Positions 12,462-25,400 of a DNA stretch of 64,000 bases are shown piece after piece. Both the position numbers and the translations under genes were made by a program. Within the stretch, counting starts at the first letter, position 1, and each line of letters opens with the position of its first letter. Source of the stretch: Ancylonema sp. (lineage: Eukaryota); assembly GCA_050230475.1 (NCBI GenBank), contig JBFLGF010000038.1:1-64000 (forward strand). The letters are read 5' to 3'. Under the pieces are notes generated by a model, which searched no databases, was not told the DNA's origin, and saw nothing but the letters and a program-made list of their open reading frames with translations.

Positions 12462-15400
12462 TCACGTGTTGTACGGCTTCACTCTCATCCATTTTGTCGC
12501 CGACCACTTGCTCCCTTGGAGGACGGGACAACCGGCTGCACACAAGGAATTACAACCCCCAACCAAGATAAAAAAACAATCACAAAAGAGACATACACAC
12601 GATATTAAATCATACACATTTGGTTTTTTTTTGTTTTTTTTTTGTTTTTTTTTTGTTTGATGTGTGTGTTTGCTTTTCTCTGTTCTCAAAAGTAGCCAAA
12701 CCAACAAGTGTAAATCGACAAACAGATGGGGTCCGTTGTGTGGCACGGAGGCCAATAAAATAATATAAAGTATCACGTGTTTCACGTTTATCAGGTGCGA
12801 AACAACAATAAGCATTTAGTCTAAGACTCGCGATCACTTGGTGAGAAGCCAAAAAATATAAACCAAAGAATTTGATGTGGCCACATGTCATTTCCGTGGT
12901 CCAAGGCTGTGAGGATGTTTGCACATTCAAAATCTGCATACTATCTATGACCCATAGACCCCTATACACAATATTGAGTTGTATACAAAAAATAATAAAA
13001 ATAAAAAAATCAAAAAAATAATCCTACCATGCAAGGCCTTGTCATCAAGGGAAGTGTCCGGCTTGAGGCTCCAAAACAGCAATGCGTCGCCCCTTCTTGG
13101 CCTCACAGCAGCCCCCCCCTTGCCACACTCCGAGTACTCACTGAAATCCGGCTTGGAGGTATCTGCATCCCCCGCAGGGAATACTGTTTCGCCCCCAGAC
13201 TCCACATCCGATCTGCGGTCCGATGCACAACCGCAACCAAGGCCCGGTAATCAAAGTCAGTAGGCGAGACACACTCAGGGGTGACGCTGAGGCTTCTCGG
13301 AACTTCACTCCCAGCCGTGGATTGTTGTCAGAATAAGGGTTGAGAAAAACATATTGGCCGAAAAAAAAATCAAACGAGGTCCGGTAAAGTTTTTTGTCGA
13401 GTGTCACACCAAACTCACTCACCACACTCAAACCACTCTATAGGCACAACTCCGGTTTTTTTTTTTTTTTTTTTTTGGTGCTTGTACAGTGTAGTCTTGA
13501 TATAGTGACAATTTTATAGACATGGGGATTTAATGTCACTACATCGAATGCTACGGCTGTCACTACACACTGTGTAGTGACATTTGGCAACGGGAAGCAG
13601 TTTAAGTTTAAGTTTTGTTGTTTATGGGTTTGCCTTTCGAGGGTGCGCTCTCACACAAAGGAGAAGAGAGGTACTACAAGACAAAAAGGGATTGTGGGCT
13701 TGTTTTCGATCAACTCCTCACAAGTACATGAGCAGAGTGGCCACTCTTTGCCCCCCGTTCCTCGTGTTGATGTCGTCGTGGAAGTAGTCGTAGTGCCCTT
13801 CGTACTTTTGACCCAACTCGTAGTGGAGGACTTGGAAACCCTCACCGTGCTCTGGCAAGGTGGCAAGACACGAGGCAATGGTAGGCAAAAGTGGGCAAAA
13901 GTGAGCAACAGTGGGCAAAAGTGGGCAAAAGTGGGCAACAATGGGCAAAAGTGGGCAAAAGTACCCGAGAGCGTGCAATTGTGGGCCATAGTGGAAGGAG
14001 AGAGGGCGAAAATGTGTGGAATGGGAAAGATGTAGGCAAAAATGGCAAAAAAAAATGACAAATGAAAGTGGGCAAAAAAGTGGGCAGAAAGTGGGTGGAG
14101 AAGGCCTAAAGTGGCCAAAGATGGAAATCACACGCTTTTGCCGAGACTGGCAATGCGAATTCGTCACTTCGAGTGTTCTACAGAGATAACAGTGGGCGAA
14201 ATCTCAAAATATTGGGCAATATTGGTGAAACACGATAAAAATTGCAATAACCACACAAGAGGGGTCCTTATTGCAAATTGATACTAAGAGACGGGTGATT
14301 ATCGCGTCATTCCCATCACTCACCCACTGGAATGAACGTGAAATCCGCGATTCGCTTCTCAATTTTTCTGATCACATCGTCTTGGCCTCTATGAAGGACG
14401 GTTCCGGAACTTGTGCGCACCCTGGGGGAACAATCCGGTATAGGCACATACTCGATATAAGCACATATTCGATATAAGCAAATATTCGATCTACGAAAAC
14501 CGGTTGTTGGAAAAGAGGCATGGTGAATTGAGAGGAGTTATAGTTGTATTACCAAGGTATTGATTTACAGTATTGTGCATTGTGGCTAAGTGCTCAAGTT
14601 TTTGTTGGCACTCTTGGTATGGAGAGCACACCTCCTGGGGCTTCACATATTATGAGAGCTTTATATATTTACATATTTTTAGCTCAATATTTATGAGATA
14701 TTAAGTCCCACGTTTTTTAACATGTGGCACGCATTTTCAGTGATGTAGCGGGGAAATACGAGCCTTAAAATCACGCCCGCACTCAAGGGACTCATTCGTA
14801 CAATCCCAACGCTCTACAAGCACTCTCCATACAGACCCATTTCACCGTAGAGGGGCAAATGTTGGCTTCGCAGAGTCTTACAAGTGTTTGGTATATGTTT
14901 TAAGGGAACGAAGATCATTCATAAAATATGTATTATTATTACAACGACAAAAAAAAAAAAAAAAAACAAAAAAAAAAAAAAAAAGAGCCACTGCTGTAAT
15001 GAAACTGACTTGCTGGGAACGCTTCCCCCCGTGGCGCTATCTACCACGGTTGACTTTTGCATGTGGGGGGCGGCCTTGTGGATGAGGTAGAGGCACTCCT
15101 TGGGACTCTGAACCCAAACCCTCCGAACTTAACAGGTGAGAAGGATAAAATCCGTACAGACACACTCGAGTGCTTGAAAGATTGAACACATTACCCCCCC
15201 CCCCCCCCTTCGAAATAACCACACTGGCCAGTGATAGTGACCAAGAAATCATCCGGGTGGGTCGGGACAATCTACATTTTTTTTTTTGAGGAAGTGGGTC
15301 TTGCATTGAATTCCGATTTTCGCAAAAAAAAAAAAAAAAAAAAAAAAAAAGGGTCATTATCCTGAAACCAAACACACTCCCCTCCCCTCCCCTCCCCCCC

Positions 15401-16477
15401 CCCTCCCAAACATAGGCACATGTAGCACGCGAGACGGTGAGGGGGTCGAACGAGGAGAAATATGACGTCATCAATGCACACAACGAATAAAAGGGGGTGG
15501 AAAACTGCAATGGATGGGGCCAGTGCGGAAGTTTCCGGGAAGCTGCGGGGTGGGATGGGAGGTGGGGAGGAAGTTACGAGGAAGTTGTGGTACAGAAACG
15601 CCCGGGGCTCCCACGCCACCACCTCCACCCAGTGGGCACGCGCGTTTTCCGCCCGGGGGGTGTGGTAACCGCGCAGGGTGTCGGCCGGTTTGTATCTGCC
15701 ACGTGAGCGGATGCCACATCAGCAGGTGGCAATGCGCGCCAGGTCAGCAGTTGGCCCAATTTACTGGCAGATTGGCCATACTGGTCAGTGCTGATGTCAT
15801 CCGAGTGGGACAGAGGGACAGAGGGATATGAAGTGACGTCATGAGAGTGATGTGCCGGGGAGAGGAGGTGGGAGGTATTGTGTACGTCTTTACTGCCATT
15901 GGCAGGCACGGAGTCGCCACGTCGGATTTATTATTGCAATCCCTAATCATGGTACAGACACGTGGCCGCCACTGGTAGAGCCTCTGCTTCCATAAAAGCA
16001 TGAGTGCGATGAGTGCGAAATGACAATTCCATATGTTTAAAGTATGTCAAACTTGTGTGCACTAAATTGGTATAAAATGCGATTCTGACTCTCTAGGCGC
16101 TTCGAGTCGTGCCACGTCGGCCCCCGTACGGCACACATTGGGATCCACGTGTCTTTGACAAGCACAAGTGTGTGAGACTGAGACAAGTAGTGAGGTGTAG
16201 AGGTGGAGAAAGCTTATGTCGAGGCACTTCTGGCATCCTGATTAAGCATTCGGAGACAGCATAGAGCCCCAGTCTTCGGCTCCTAGGACGCTGAAAATCG
16301 AGAATTTACAGTCAACGGGTTTCTTCACAGTTCAGAAAGTCATTGTGGCACCTGTGGGAACACATCATGGCGCACTTACGTGGCGCCTTGCCATCCAATC
16401 AGCCGTTCCTCCAGTGCGTCTGTTGCCCCAAACATCAGCGAAAATACCATTGCGAACCTCAGCACCGATGATGCCAT
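12462..16477 (-). CDS. P4H: Prolyl 4-hydroxylase (2OG-Fe(II) dioxygenase), plant/algal P4H (~266 aa, 7 exons: 16477-16380, 15695-15578, 15107-15010, 14421-14324, 13851-13722, 13212-13028, 12535-12462)
   Basis: VEVVAWEPRAFLYHNFL, STVVDSATGGS..VRTSSG, QVLHYELGQKYEGHYDYF (HxD), RVATLLMYLSDVESGGETVFP, GDALLFWSL, LHAGCPVLQGSKWSATKW. Hydrophobic N-terminal signal/anchor MASSVLRFAMVFSLMFGATDA. Confidence 0.93.
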
Positions 16478-17577
16478 GCCTTCAATATCGCAGAGGCACA
16501 ATTCGAGTAGGTCAGAGCTGCAAGCGGGACAAGTGGCAACTTTTGCCCCACATTGCGAGGGACAGGGTGCGGCTTAGATGCGCACGGATTGTCGTGCACC
16601 AGGAAGTCACAACTGCGATATTATGAAGACGTAATTGTCGACCACCATTCCGGTCACCTTGTCACGTGGGTTTTCAGACAGACTTGAAAGAACCCTCTAT
16701 AAGTCATGCCTTGACAGAGCAATAGCCATGACATGTGAAGGTTGGCGAGGTTGTTGCTGTAACGCGAGATCTCGCTATAACGAACATGAAAATTGGCGCA
16801 CAGTACAGTATACCACTCATCATGACAGTGCGATCCGAAGTTCTTCACAACCCCAAACGCCAATATTGCCGTACCATAGCCGTACTATCGAATGGTCAAC
16901 CTTGTTCGAAGTCAGAGAATTAAAATGGATACTTCGGGAAATAACGTTTATATCTTTAATGATGTACCATTTTTGAGTTTTAACCGTTTTGCAAAAAACG
17001 ATTCAGATACTGCCACATGGTCTTGTACCACGTGCTTTTTGAAGACTTGTCCTTGTCCTGTCCTGTTGCCGCGTAGCATTGACAAAATCCGATCCGACGG
17101 CGTCCATGTCTGCGTTGCGAACTCCCCTCCAGATGGCACTGCAAGTAGGCCGGCCGGCGGTCCCGATGCGCTGGTTCTGACGTGCACGAGGGAGGCAAGA
17201 AGACGAGGATGGCTTCGCTCGGGGTACTGGAGCAGAGCCACAGATAATTTGCATGCCACCGACAATCGAGGTGAGGAGTTAGACGACCTTGAGGACCAGT
17301 TTTGGCTGGGGTGAGGCGAAACTTGAACTAGAGTAGCATGAGACACTGAGGCTGGATCTGATTTACAATTTCGGCGCAGATCTGGTTGCACCTCACGTCA
17401 AGGTATTTTTCCGCGACGGAGGCGGCAACAGCCTTCATGCCTTCAGCACGACGGGTAACCGCACTGTGAACAACGAATTGGCTGCCATCAGAGGCTTTTG
17501 AACGGATCACGACCCGTCTCGTTCTGCCAGCGCTCTTCTGATCACGAGAATCCTTCGCCAGCTTCATTCGTCGAGTC

Positions 17578-19367
17578 ATGATGGCGGACGCGGCGGCTTC
17601 GTTCAACTCCTCGATGACGGCGCAAATGACTTCCCTCACCGCCCAACTGGCACAAACACGTGCGGATTTGGCCGTGAACACCCTCGTTACAAGCTACATC
17701 TGGAGGCTGACATGCGGCGCCCTCGTACTCTTCATGCAGGTCCGGCTCTTCTCACCTAGACCAACCCCAAAATCCCAGCTTGTATATTCTCGCAGTTGTG
17801 CAAGCGAACCGACTACCTCCCCCACTCCAATTGGTGTCTTAACCGTACGGATTCCGGGAAATTTACGGAGATGACGTATTGCCTGCGGATAACCGTGCGG
17901 AATAACCGTACGGACTTGATCCCTCTCACACGTCTGGTCCCAGATTCTAAGCTTGCAGCTGCTGAGTTATGCCACACACACACGAAACGAGTAGCAGTCT
18001 CATGCTGACGCATCCGTCCGTCCATCCGTCCGTACGTGTGCGTCCGTACAGTTGGGGTTCTCCCTCCTCGAGGCCGGCAGCGTCCGTTTCAAGAACACGC
18101 GCAGCATCATGGTGAAGAACGTGCTGGACACGTGCGTGTGCGCCCTCGCGTTCTGGCTGTTCGGGTACGCGCTCGCGTTCGGAGACGGGTCCAAAATCAT
18201 TGGGTGGGCGAGGCCCTTGGAACCTTCCGCGGTGAGTTTGTGGGGCCCATCTGTCAGGGGACACGTGGCAGTGCCAGGTGGCGGTCCAGTCACATAATTG
18301 ATGCAGTGGTCTCTTTACTCGTGTGCCTTGCTGTTACCGGTCAGATGGTCAAGGGGTAAGACTTGTTCGATTTTCTTACTTCCTGAAATACCGCTCGTAG
18401 TGGTTCGGATGTAGTGTGCGACGTCCTTTCAAATACTTGTTTTATTGTAACCTCTTATACCCCTCCCCATCCTCCCACCCTTCCAACCTCCCACCCTCCC
18501 AGCCAAAAGAGGTTCCAAACCCCAACTGCCGCCCCCTACCCGCCCCTTCCCCCTCCACATATACCTCCACCACATTGAATATAACATAACATAATACAGG
18601 ATGATATGAGATAGTGTAAGATCATGTAAGATAGTATAAGATAATATAAGATAATATACAGTAATATAAGATTATATAGGATGACTGAAGATAATATAAA
18701 ATTATATAAGATAATGTAGGATAATATAAGATAGTATAAGATAATGTATGATAATGTCAGAAAATATAAGAAAATATAAGATAATGTAAGACAATGTAAG
18801 TCATTGTAAGATAAGATAAGATAAGATAAGGTAAGATAAGATGAGATAAGATAAGATAAGATGAGATAAGATAATATGCCTTGCGCAAAATAGAAGGCAT
18901 ATCCATTCCAAAATAGAAGACAAATCCATTCATCACTTACTCACCTCCTTTCCTCCTTCCACTCCCCTCTCTCCCATTTCCCCCTTCCAGCCCCCATCCT
19001 CTTCTGCCTCTGATTATCTTTTTGCCGGATCCATGCCCATGAGTCAAGGCATTCAGTGGTTCTTCCAGTTCACTTTTGCCGCCACCTCCACCACAATTAT
19101 TGCCGGGGCAGTGGCAGAAAGAACGCACCTGTGGGCCTACCTGCTCTACAAGTGAGAAACCGCCCGCCCCCGCCCCTGCCCCCGCCCCCGCCCCCGCCCC
19201 CCCCCTGCCCAGCCTGTTGTTAGTTGTAAACATAAGTAGGTCAGGCCAGTTTAGTAGGTAAGTACCTACACGCAGCAGTAGGAACAAAAACAAAGGTTTG
19301 CAAACCCCAGAATATCCGAGGAGAAAAAATAGTAGAAATAGGAAACCTGAAATGACCCCACCTTACC

Positions 19368-19419
<52 letters not shown>

Positions 19420-22400
19420 AGGACATTAAATACAAAAAGAATGAAAAGAATGAAGACGTTCTCATATCGGGGGGGGGGTGTTTTGTGTTGATGCAGTTTT
19501 TTCCTCTCCTCCCTTATCTACCCCTTCATCGCTCACATCGTGTGGTCCGAAAACGGTCTCCTCGCCGCAAGAAGCTCGGGAACCATTCTGGCCACCAATG
19601 GGATTCTGGACAACGCAGGGTCGATGGTCGTACACGTGACAGGTGGCGGCCAACCATCGGTGCACAGAAATTATGCGTCGGGATGGGGACGAGGAGGGAC
19701 TTATTCGTGCTTGTCTTGGGATGAGAGACTGTGAATATCCTTTTTATGGGTCTGGGCCGAAGTAGGGTGCCTGAATTCTGAATGTCCTGAACCCTGACTG
19801 TCAACTCCTTAAACCCGACGACGGATACCAGGGCAAACCAGGGTTTTATTGACAGGCACATAACCCCTAGATTATCTATCTCTGTATCCGGGTGTCGTTA
19901 TATGAGGGGTAACTGTGAATAGAACTTGCAAAAAAGGTGTCATTATAGCGGGGTGTCACTGTAACGGGGGTCCTTATAACGGGGCTTCACGATGACCGAC
20001 GAGACAACCGAAGTCAGAATCTGGAGAGTACCCCCAACCCCCACTGACCCCTACCCCCCCCCCGTGGAAACCTGACACGTGTCGTCTCCTTCTTTGCTGT
20101 CTAGGTGGCGTGACGGCATTGGCTGGGGCATATTTTGTGGGCCCAAGAATCGGACGGTTTGATATCGACGGAAACAAAGTCCCCTTTAAGGCCAACTCAG
20201 TGGTACTCATTCTATGTCGCATTCGCTTCCGCATTCCTATCCCATCTCCGTATACATTTCTTGCGATCCCACACCCTCTTCTTCTGTTTCTTCACCTCTA
20301 CTTCTTTCCCTGCCTCATCCCCCAACCTCACCCAACCACTATTATAATCCCACCCCCCCCCAAACCACGCACCCCAGCCCCAAAAAGGCTTATCACACAA
20401 CCCTCCCCTTATCGAACGCAGCCCATGCCAATCACCCCACCCACCCCCCAACCCCTCCCACCACCCCCCACCCCCCAACCCCCCCCCCACCCCCCCCCAA
20501 CCCCCCCCCCAGGTCTACCAAGCCGCCGGCACCCTCGTTTTGTGGGCGGGATTCTACGGGTTCAATGGCGGATCCGTGTCCCTCACCACCCAGGCCCCCC
20601 TCGAATGGACCTTCGCCGTCGCACGTGTGATCGTGAACACCACGCTCTGCGCCGCCACGTCAGGGGTCACCGTCTTCGCCCTTCAGAGTCTGTCGCGCAG
20701 GGAGGCCCTCCCAGGAGACATCTTCAACGGCGTCATAGGGGGCCTGGTGTCCGCCTGCGGGACTGCAAGCGTAGTAGAGCCTTACGCCGCTTTTGTCGTG
20801 GGGGCGGGGGCGGGGGCGTGCTATTTGAGCGGGGTGTGGTGTGTAGATAGGTTGGGGATCGATGACGTGGTCCAGGCCACCCCCACCCACCTCTTCTGCG
20901 GCAGTTGGGGGGCTGTTGCGGCTGGGCTGTTTGCCACGCAGGCGGGGATACGGGGGACGTATGGGATTGCGAAGCCGGCTGCGTGGGGGCTGTTCTATGG
21001 GGGGGGGTGGAACCAGCTCGGGATACAGGTGGGGGGGGGGATAGGATTTGGTGGAACCATAAGTATTGGGTATTCTAGTAGGGGAGAATTTGGATGCTTT
21101 TTATACTGGGATAGGTTTTTTTTCTCTTTTTTTTCCCGAATCAGGGGTTTGATCTTTAAATGTATGTGTGGAACCTACGTATCAGAGAAGCTGACATAAT
21201 TTTGGCCTCTGTTTTCTTTCCCGACGGTATTCAAGTCAGACAGGTTTTACTTTGTGTCCAATCAAATGAGGGAGCAGAGTGCTGTGCTGTTTTGGGCACG
21301 ATGTGGAGGGTGTGCGAGAGGAGACGAAGAGAGGAAGAGTATTTGCTTGTGATGAACAAATTTCAGAAAGCTGGATGAAGCAAAGTGTGGTCGATAACAG
21401 AGCCACTTATCATTGCACCGATAAGAACCAATGTGATGACGTGTCACTCTCTGGTTGGTCGATAGCAGAGCCACTTGTCATTGCACCGACAAGAAACAAG
21501 GGGCAGCAAGATTGATCCGTGCTGACGTGTCACTCTCTGGTTGGTGGCAGCTCCTCGGGTTGTGTATCGTGTACGCGTGGGTTGGGCTCACCTCCTCCCT
21601 CATGTTTGGGCTCATGAACCGTTTCGGCGTGCTGCGGGTGCAGAGGCAGGAGGAGGAGGTGAGAAAAAGAAAAAGAAAAGGGGAAAAGTGAAATGAAAAA
21701 GGGAAAAGGGAAAATTGAAAAGGGAAAAGGGGAAAGGGGAATGGGGAAAAAGAAAAGGGAGCAGGGAACAGGATGGGATCTCGTTCTTTTTCAGGTCTTT
21801 GTCTGACAGCTCGTATTCTGCTGCACGCCATTTTTTTGTCGAATGTTTTTCCCCTCCAAATACTCCTCCCCCCCCCCCCCCCCCTTCTTGTTGTTTCATG
21901 ATAATCATCATCATTTTTTGCAGATTTTCCTCGGTCCCCCTCCTTTTTTTTTTTTCGTCTTCTTTTCTTCTTCTTCTCCTTCTTTCTTTTTTCTTTAACC
22001 GTTTGGTTTATCTCGTTGCTCTGAAGATGCCACTCAAAATCCCCTCCCCCTTCCCCCCCCCCCCCCAGGTCGGTCTCGACATCGCTTTCCACGGCGTAGA
22101 CGAAAGAGAAGCTTTTGGCGGAGAGCGTTCTTACGACGAGGAGGCAGGGTTCAGCAGAAACTTTTCGACAAGATTCGTGAAAAAAAGGCTGCAAGGATGG
22201 ATCGCCTTCGCACAGAACGCGGTGCCGTGGGCGAGAGGGGGGGGGGGGGGGGACGGGGAAGGGGGCGGGGGCGGGTGGGGGTTGACGAGCAGGAAGAGGA
22301 TGGAGAATGAGGAGCTGTCGACTACGATATTTGGCAACTTCTCGTTGGCTACTTATGAGGCGAATTTTATTATGGAGGATGTTGGGGAGGTGGGGGGGGG

Positions 22401-25400
22401 GGGGGTTGGGGGGCTGGGAGATGGGTGGGGGAGGGAATCTGGGTATTATTTTTTGGCCTGCGAGTTGAAAGGTGGTCGAGGTTGGCGTATGATGCTTAGG
22501 GTTTTTTTTCCCCCTTTCCTTCTCTTGTTTGTAAGCTTTTTTCCTTCCTTTTTTGGGCTGTGTCATTCTTTTTGGGAAAAAGGAGTAGATGGTTGAATGT
22601 GGTTTATAGTCAGTTGCTTTCTCTTCACAAACGACCTAGGGGACGGAGGGGAGGCAGCTGTGGGGATATCGTTATCCAAATGAATCCTGCAGGGATGAAT
22701 TGCAGACAAAACGGGAGGAAAAAAACAAGCCCCAAAAAAAGCCCCCAAGAAAAGCCCCCAAAATATTAAAACAACCGCCCCCCTCCCCCCCCCCTCAAAA
22801 GGAAAAAAAACCACTTGTTAGTCAACCGCCCATCAGATTCTGGACCCTTACGAGATGGGTGAGGGGTCGTGATTGGGGTTGGTACCAGGTGGAAGCTTCC
22901 AGCAGCGGTGTATACATCGGGGTGCACGACGGGCATGGAGGGTACGAAACCTCCATTTTCTTGAGAGAAAATCTGTACAACAACCTGAGGAGTGAGTGGG
23001 GGGGGGGGGGGGATGGGTAGTCTTGTGTCTATGTGCTTTTCGGTACCATGTTTTATATATTGGGTTCGTGTACGAATGCAGAGGGCTAGGTAGGGTCATG
23101 GGATTGAGGTCTGTTATTCCATCACAGGGAATGTCTTGATAGGAATGGAAGGGAGGCTGATCCAAGGCCGAATATCATTGGAATTCTCATATAATAACTC
23201 ATGAAACGCGAAACATGAGTAGAGACCATGAGCGTACATCCAAATGCAAATACCCACAAACCAAATTAAAAAAAAAACTAAGGGACCGACCTCAGTCTGA
23301 CCTCCCCCCCCCCCCCCTCCCACCCGCCCAGACACCTTCCTCCAACGCGAAGGCCGCGTGACCGCAGAAGGCCTTAAGACGGGATTCGTAGTCACAGAGG
23401 CGGCTTTCAAGACGTACGCGCGTCAGGTGTTCGCGGACAGCCCCCAGGTGGCGACCGTGGGCTCATGCTCGTGCGTCGTCATCATTACGGCGACAGCTGT
23501 GTGGTCCGCGAATCTGGGGGACTGCAGGGCGGTGATTGGGAAGGTGAGGGGGGGACTGGAACCCTGGACTCTGAACCCTGGACCCTGGACCCTGGACCCT
23601 GAAACTCTGGACCCTGGCAGGGTCCGGGCCTGGGGTTTTTCGTAGACCTGAAAATCCTGAAAACTTGGAAATACGTGGAGGCCTGGTAATCTGGGACCGG
23701 AAACCTGGAAGCGACAGCTGGGACTTGGAATTTGGAAGTCGTCAATCTGGAAGCTAAAACCCGAACCTGAAATATCAAAAGCTGGAACTGAAAACCTGAA
23801 ATTCGAAACCTGAACCATGGACTTCCCCCCCCAGCAATAACGAGCACCCCTGCTAAACTCAGAACCCTAACCTTAAACCTTAAACCCTACACCCTTATCC
23901 CTAAACCCTAAACCCTCAACCTTAACCCTAACCCCAATCAGGATACAGCTTCGCCCACCCTCCTCTCTGGCTACTTCCCCCCTAATGGTCCAAACGTGAC
24001 CCCAAACCTCTAAATAGACATCTGACAGTCTCCCATCCCCCAACCCCCCCGCTCCCCTCCCCTCCACTCCCCCCCGCCGTCCATTCATCCTTGTTCTAGA
24101 TTTCGAGTGGTTCAGACAGTTTGACAAAGGCTATCCAGCTGTCCTCAGATCACAATCTGGGGGTGGAGGAGGAGAGGGAGGCCTTCCAATTGGAACATGC
24201 AGACACGCCCGATGCGGTGCAACAGAAGGGGGGGAGCTACCGAGTGAAGGGGAAGCTGTCGGTACGGGGGCAGAAAGGCAGAAATGCAGAAAGGCAAAAA
24301 GGCAGAAAGGCAGAAAGGCAGAAAGGCAGAAAGGCAGAAAGGCAGAAAGGCTGAAAGGCAGAAAGGCAGAAAGGCAGAGGGGCAGAAAGGCAGATGTCAA
24401 CTCGGGTCAAGGGTGAAGAGTTAAGGGTGGCCTCGGAAAACCTGTGCTCACCCTTTGAGGGGGGCACAGGTTGATTTGGTCATGGTTACAGTTACGGTTA
24501 CGGTTACGGTTACGGTCAGTGTAGAAGAAGAAATGAGTATCCCACACTCCCCACACCTCCTCCCCTCTTGGGACTGATTCTGAATCCTCACCTTGTGACC
24601 ACAATGCTTTCTTCCCATTTTGGAGCACCAAAAATAAATCCCAAACCTCATACCCGGAACCCCAAGCCTCAAAGCCCAAAAAAACTATATTCAATTGTTA
24701 GCTTCCCCGAAAGCAAACCTCCCCCTTCCCCCTTCCCGCAGATCACCCGTTCATTTGGTGACCTCTACATGAAAACCCACGAGTTCAATCAAGAGCCGTT
24801 GCTGACACGGTTCCGGGTATCCGAACCGTACCACCCCCCCCTCCTGAGCGCTGAACCCCACATCAACGTGCAGATGCTGGAGGAGGAGGACATGTTTGTC
24901 ATCGTGGCGTCCGACGGCATCTGGGAATACTTCAGCAATAAGGAGGCCGTGGAGCTGGTGGCGTCCGCTCCTGCAAAAGTGAGGGGGGAACGGAGGACGG
25001 TTAACGGTGGATCTGGATGGTCCTCTCGCCTCCTCGTCGGTTCTGTCGGAGTTGTCGTTTTTGTCGTTTTTTGTCGTTTTTGTCGTTTTTGTCGTTTTCT
25101 GTCGGGTTTTTGTCGTTTTTGTCCTCCACTTCTCTCGATCTGCACTCGGTCCTCCTCCATCCACTACCCTCCTGCATTTTTTTGACACTTTTTTTTTTGT
25201 GTGCATGGGGGCTCTTACTTTAGGTGGTCAAATGAACACAGATAGACACATAATTCGCTTTTCCCCTTATCCTTGATGCAATTCACTACTCCTCCAACTC
25301 CGTCACTCGCCAAACATTATCCTCATCCATTCCTCGCTCATACCCCAACTACCCCCCCCCCGCCCCCGCCCCCTCAGGGCGCCGCCCGCCTCCTCATCCG

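Noticed and set aside
16892..17391. 140-147 aa ORFs between P4H and the AMT-PP2C gene
   Set aside because: No recognisable motifs; they lie in the ~1.1-kb divergent promoter/5' UTR region.
23865..23935. Interstitial telomere or chromosome-fusion scar
   Set aside because: CCCTAA(A)-like units are short, degenerate and inside an intron of an intact gene.
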